From: Octopus vulgaris
Lineage: Eukaryota
NCBI GenBank assembly: GCA_951406725.2
Contig: OX597821.1
Coordinates: forward strand, 70,308,001-70,372,000
DNA length: 64,000 nucleotides
Direction: 5' to 3'
Within the stretch, counting starts at the first letter, position 1, and every line of letters starts with the position of its first letter. Below the pieces are notes generated by a model that saw only the letters and a program-made list of their open reading frames with translations, ran no database searches and was not told the origin of the DNA. Below are positions 59,311 through 64,000 of this stretch, one piece after another. The translations under genes and the position numbers were made by a program.

Positions 59311-60341
59311 TAGCAAATCTTGATGTCTTTCAGTTATTGCGATTCCAAGTTACACATGATTGTGTATATCATCACCTTCTAGAATTATATCAGTCCATGT
59401 CTAGCATTACAATAAGGAGTGCGACAAGTAAATTCATCTCCACAAATACCTGGGCCAATTCCTCTTTTAGTAATTGGTATATTATATTTCAGATATTTCT
59501 ATAGATTAGTCAATTCCAAGTTATTGTTCAACTCAGTTAATATGAATTTACACACACATAATTCATCCTAGCTATAAAACTCTTATCATTTCTCTGTTTT
59601 TTTTTTTTAATGCTGAAACAATCTTCTCTAATCTCTTCTGATTTCATGTTCAACAGGTATGTTTGGTGTGTAAGGAAAAGTTTACTGAATTCTTCAATCA
59701 TGAAGATGGTGAATGGCAGTTGAATGATGCCATTGATATAGATGGAAAGGTAAGTCCTTCTTTTTTTTTATTATTTCTATTTCCTATTTTATTAATCAAG
59801 TGAAAACTTGTTGGATCGTGCTTTAACATTTTATTTTTTCCCAGAGTGATTAGAATATTTAGCAGTTAATTTGTGTGGGTGATGTCATTGACTCAATCCT
59901 TCTTTCCTCTAATGTCTGATCTTCTTCTTATCATCATCATCATCATCGTCGTTTAACGTCCGTTCTCCATGCTAGCATGGGTTGGACGGTTCGACCGGGG
60001 TTCTGGGAAGCCAGAAGGCTGCACCAGGCTCCAGTCTAATCTGGCAATGTTTCTACAGCTGGATGCCCTTCCTAACGCCATATTATATTAGCTATTAATT
60101 AGGAATAATTAAAGTGAAATTAATAACTGTCATTAACTACCCTGTTAAATAAATGAATGTGTGCTTAGATGTTTTATGATAAATTGCATCTGTTTAATCT
60201 GATCATATTATGATGTGTGATATATGAAATATGTAAGATTATGAATAAATGATATCTAAGAGTATTTTATTTTCTATTTCAGACTTACCATGAAATATGT
60301 GCTGAGGACCGACATAATGGTTGATGCAAGCGTTTAACCCT
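59311..60341 (+). pseudogene. PCF11-like: Inverted partial duplicate of gene B (exons 7-8 with introns)
   Basis: Reverse complement of ~53278-54151; exons 59657-59749 and 60283-60324 keep splice sites and frame (two amino-acid changes). Confidence 0.9.
59931..60083 (-). mobile_element. Short retroposon 3' end (RTE/SINE-like, (ATG)n tail) present only in the duplicate's intron
   Basis: Absent from the matching gene B intron; ggatgcccttcctaacgcca motif and (CAT)n. Confidence 0.65.
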
Positions 60342-60825
60342 AGGTCAATCCTAAGCATGTGATATGATTTCAAGAAAATATGCCTCCTATGTCATACGCA
60401 TGGAGCAAACATGTAGAGTCTCCTTCATTTGTCCATAACACCGAAATTAACTTATATATTATGTTATAAAGAACTTGAAGAATTGCTGTTAATGTTTGCC
60501 ACTTATCTAATATATTCCACTGATGCTGAGCATGTGCTATTTGCTATTATGACCAATAGGTGTAGGCATGTTTGGAGGAGATAAGAAGCACCCTTTGAAA
60601 GTTCGTGGTTCCCGGTTCAGTGGAATTGCACGGTACATTTCATAAATGTGTTATGTAATATAGACCTTCACTATCAATGTTTTTAGAGAATTTGGTAAGT
60701 AGAAACTGTGAGGAAGTCCATCGAGTATATACATGTGCTTGCGGATGTTTGAGTCAGTGACTCTGACACAACCAGTGTCTGTTTCAATCAGTGTAAGTTA
60801 AGAATAACATAAAAACCACACTTTA

Positions 60826-62340
60826 GAAAATAGAAGGAGTTGATTTGTTTCCCAAAAACATCTCCAGGTGCAACCAAAGCATCCGGCACCTTATTTAGGC
60901 TCATTTCTATAACATACAATCACACTGACAAAAAATACTACACATTAGTAACATATAGGTAGCTCGTTTGATTCGCTTCCATAAAACATCTCCAGGTGCC
61001 ACCCCAGCATCCGGCAGCTTAAATGGGCTCATGTCTATAACATACAATCACACTGACAATAATACTACACATTAGCAAAATACAGGTAGCTCGTTTGATT
61101 CGCTTCCCTAAAACATCTCCAGGTGCAACGCCAGCATCCAGCAGCTTATTTAGGCTCATTTCTATAACATACAATCACACTGACAATAAATACTACACAG
61201 TACCAAAATACAGGTAGCTCGTCTGATTCGTTTCCCTATAACATCTCCAAGGTGCAACCCCAGCATCCGGCAGCTTGTATTGGCTCATTTCTATAACATA
61301 CAATCATATTGACAAAAAATAATACACATTAGCAAAATACAGGTAGCTCATCTGATTCATTTCCCTATAACATCTCCAGGTGCAACCCCAGCATCCGGCA
61401 GCTTATATTGGCTCATTTCTATAACATACAATCATATTGACAAAAAATACTACTCATTAGCAAAATACAGGTAGCTCGTTTGATTCATTTCCCTAAAACA
61501 TCTCCAGGTGCAACCTCAGCATCCGGCAGCTTATTTAGGCACATTTCTATAACACAAAATCACACTGACAAAAAATACTACTCATTAGCAAAATACAGGT
61601 AGCTTGTTTGATTCGTATCCCTAAAACATATCCAGGTGCAAACCCAGCATCCGGCAGTTTATTTAGGCTCATTTCTATAACACAAAATCACACTGACAAA
61701 AAATACTACTCATTAGCAAAATACAGGTAGCTTGTTTGATTTGTATCCCTAAAACTAACTCCAGGTGCAACCCCAGCATCCGGCAGTTTATTTAGGCTCA
61801 TTTCTATAACACAAAATCACACTGACAAAAAATACTAATCATTAGCAAAATACAGGTATCTCGTTTGATTTGTTTCCCTAAGACATCTCCAGGTGCAACG
61901 CCAGCATCCGGCAGCTTGTTTAGGCTCATTTCTATAACACAAAATCACACTGACAAAAAATACTACACATAAGCAAAATACAGGTAGCTCGTTTGATTCG
62001 TTTCCCTAAAACATCTCTAGGAGCATCTTCATTATTGGTCAGCTTATATAGGCTCCTTTCTATGACATACAATCACACTGACAAAAAATACTACACATTA
62101 GCAAAATACAGGTAGCTCGTTTGATTCGTTTCCCTAAAACATCTCCAGGCGCATCCTCATTATCGGTCAGCTTATATAGGCTCCTTTCTATGACATACAA
62201 TCACACTAACAAAAAATACTACACATTAGCAAAATACAGGTAGCTCGTTTGATTCATTTCCCTAAAATATCTCCATGTGCAGCCCCAACATCCGGCAGCT
62301 TATTTAGGCTCATTTCTATAACACAAAATCACACTGACAA
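60826..62340 (+). repeat. 128-bp tandem satellite, ~12 copies (restarts at ~63866)
   Basis: tacagg recurs at 61081, 61209, 61338, 61466, 61594, 61722, 61850, 61979, 62107, 62235. Confidence 0.95.
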
Positions 62341-64000
62341 TGATATAGATTGAATACTGTTGACAAATCAATATAAATCATATTCATTGCTATTGAAGAA
62401 GGGGCTGGCCCCATTGAATAGAAAGAAGAGACTTCTTCAAAGAACAAGTCTAGGCTTGCTTTCTTCGTTCTTAAAACAAGCTACAGTCCATTTCTTGACT
62501 TCATTGAATCCATGTCTTTAAAAGATGTCAAGCATCATGATTCTCACCCTCTGAAAGCTTATTTCCTTTTTGAGTTTTATTTATAATAGCCTTCACAGCT
62601 TTTCAGAAATTTCTTGGCGATTTTCTAGGACCTTAAAAAAGCACATGTTGATCGGAGGCTGACCGACATACATACTTATATAAATACATACATACATACT
62701 TGCATACATACATGGTGGCTGCCCCCTCGTTATCAAGTATGGCTATTGCAGGAAGCTTAATCAATGTTGTTATCGTGCAATGCCTGTGCAAGATTTTTTT
62801 TAAAGTGAGGAAAGGCTGTGCACTCACCAAACAACAGCAGCCATAATCAGAAAAGAAGAACAAGTCAACATCATCAGTAACCACTGAGCCGCAGGTTTTA
62901 CGTTGGAGTTATCCCAGTTATCTGAGTTACCTTCTCCTAGAAGGATACCCTAACAAAGACTAGGAGTCCTTCACTCCCAATGGTTTAACAGCGCGATCGG
63001 GTATACAGTCTGATTAATTCAATGTCCCCACACATGATACAGCCTTACATACATACATACAATTTCAAATGGCGCATCCTCTCCTCGGAAACATCATTTA
63101 ACCACTCTGCCTATGTACGTGATGTAGATGACATCATGATAAATGGAAGGCATTGCATCAAGCAATTTTCCTTGCTCTACCCTTCAGTACATGCTCAAAG
63201 AAGTCACTTAACTGCCACAGTGAATCATCAGATGTAAAGATGAGTGTGTATCAGCAGAAGACCATGCATGGATATGATAAACAAAGCAGCGTATAATGGA
63301 CCAACAACCAGATTACAAACTCTCACTTTGAAGGGTATATGTTTACACTCCAACCATGACTATCAAGCCTTTCCTTCAGGCCTTCACTCAGAGCATGTGA
63401 TATGATTTCAAGAAAATATGCCTCCTATTTCTTACACATGGAGCTAACATGTAGAGTCTCCTTCATTGGTCCATAACACCGAAATTAACTTATATATTAT
63501 GTTATAAAGAACTTGAAGAATTGCTGTTAATGTTTGCCACTTATCTAATATATTCTACTGATTCTGAGGAAATGCTGTTTGCTATTATGACCAATAGGTG
63601 TAGGCATGTTTGGAGGGGATAAGAAGCACCCTTTGAAAGCTAATGGTTCCAGGTTCAGTGGAACTGCACGGCACATTTCATAAATGTGTTATGCTATAGA
63701 CCTTCACTGATCAATGAGTACTTAGAGAATTTGGTAAGTAGAAACTGTGAGGAAGCCCATCGAGTATATATATGTGCTTGCGGATGTTTGAGTCAGTGAC
63801 TTTGTCACAACCAGTGTCTGTTTCAATCAGTGTAATTTAAGAATAACATAAAAACCACACTTTAGCAAAATAGAAGGAGTTGATTTGTTTCCCAAAACCA
63901 TCTCCAGGTGCAACCCCAGCATCCGGCACCTTATTTAGGCTCATTTCTATAACATGCAATCACACTGACAAAAAATACTACACATTAGCAAAATACAGGT

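Larger units (their letters stand above)
58446..64000 (+). repeat. Segmentally repeated composite unit (unique block, decayed SINE, 128-bp satellite start)
   Basis: 58446-59310 resembles 63062-63900; its 3' part also occurs at 60352-60830 and, more diverged, at 51085-51360. Confidence 0.85.

Noticed and set aside
60826-62340. CRISPR-like periodicity
   Set aside because: The whole unit repeats with no unique spacers or cas genes, in a eukaryotic context
62340-63060. Possible coding segment
   Set aside because: Multiple stops and no recognisable motif

Overview
AT-rich, microsatellite-saturated eukaryotic DNA. The SINE families and repeat landscape point to an Octopus genome (inference). Most ORFs in the track are microsatellite artefacts. 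Manual splicing gives two convergent multi-exon genes: gene A (+, 29824-46153, ~584 or ~629 aa) and gene B (-, 56876-53296, 448 aa). Both encode divergent PCF11-like proteins with the C2H2 finger, RxWY Clp1-binding motif and C2HC finger, but an intrinsically disordered N-terminus instead of a CID. An inverted orphan copy of gene B's last two exons lies at ~59.3-60.3 kb. The standout non-coding feature is a near-perfect 536-bp tandem array (6885-8767) in which each complete unit carries a full type I hammerhead ribozyme, i.e. a retrozyme/circRNA-like element. Further hammerheads sit in Penelope-like element (PLE) ends, including a U3-A8 covariant one inside a gene A intron. Other content: mariner elements, Helitrons, a Tx1/L1 in (GATA)n, R4/Dong-type fragments in (CATA)n and (TAA)n, several long palindromes, and a 128-bp satellite apparently derived from a SINE tail.
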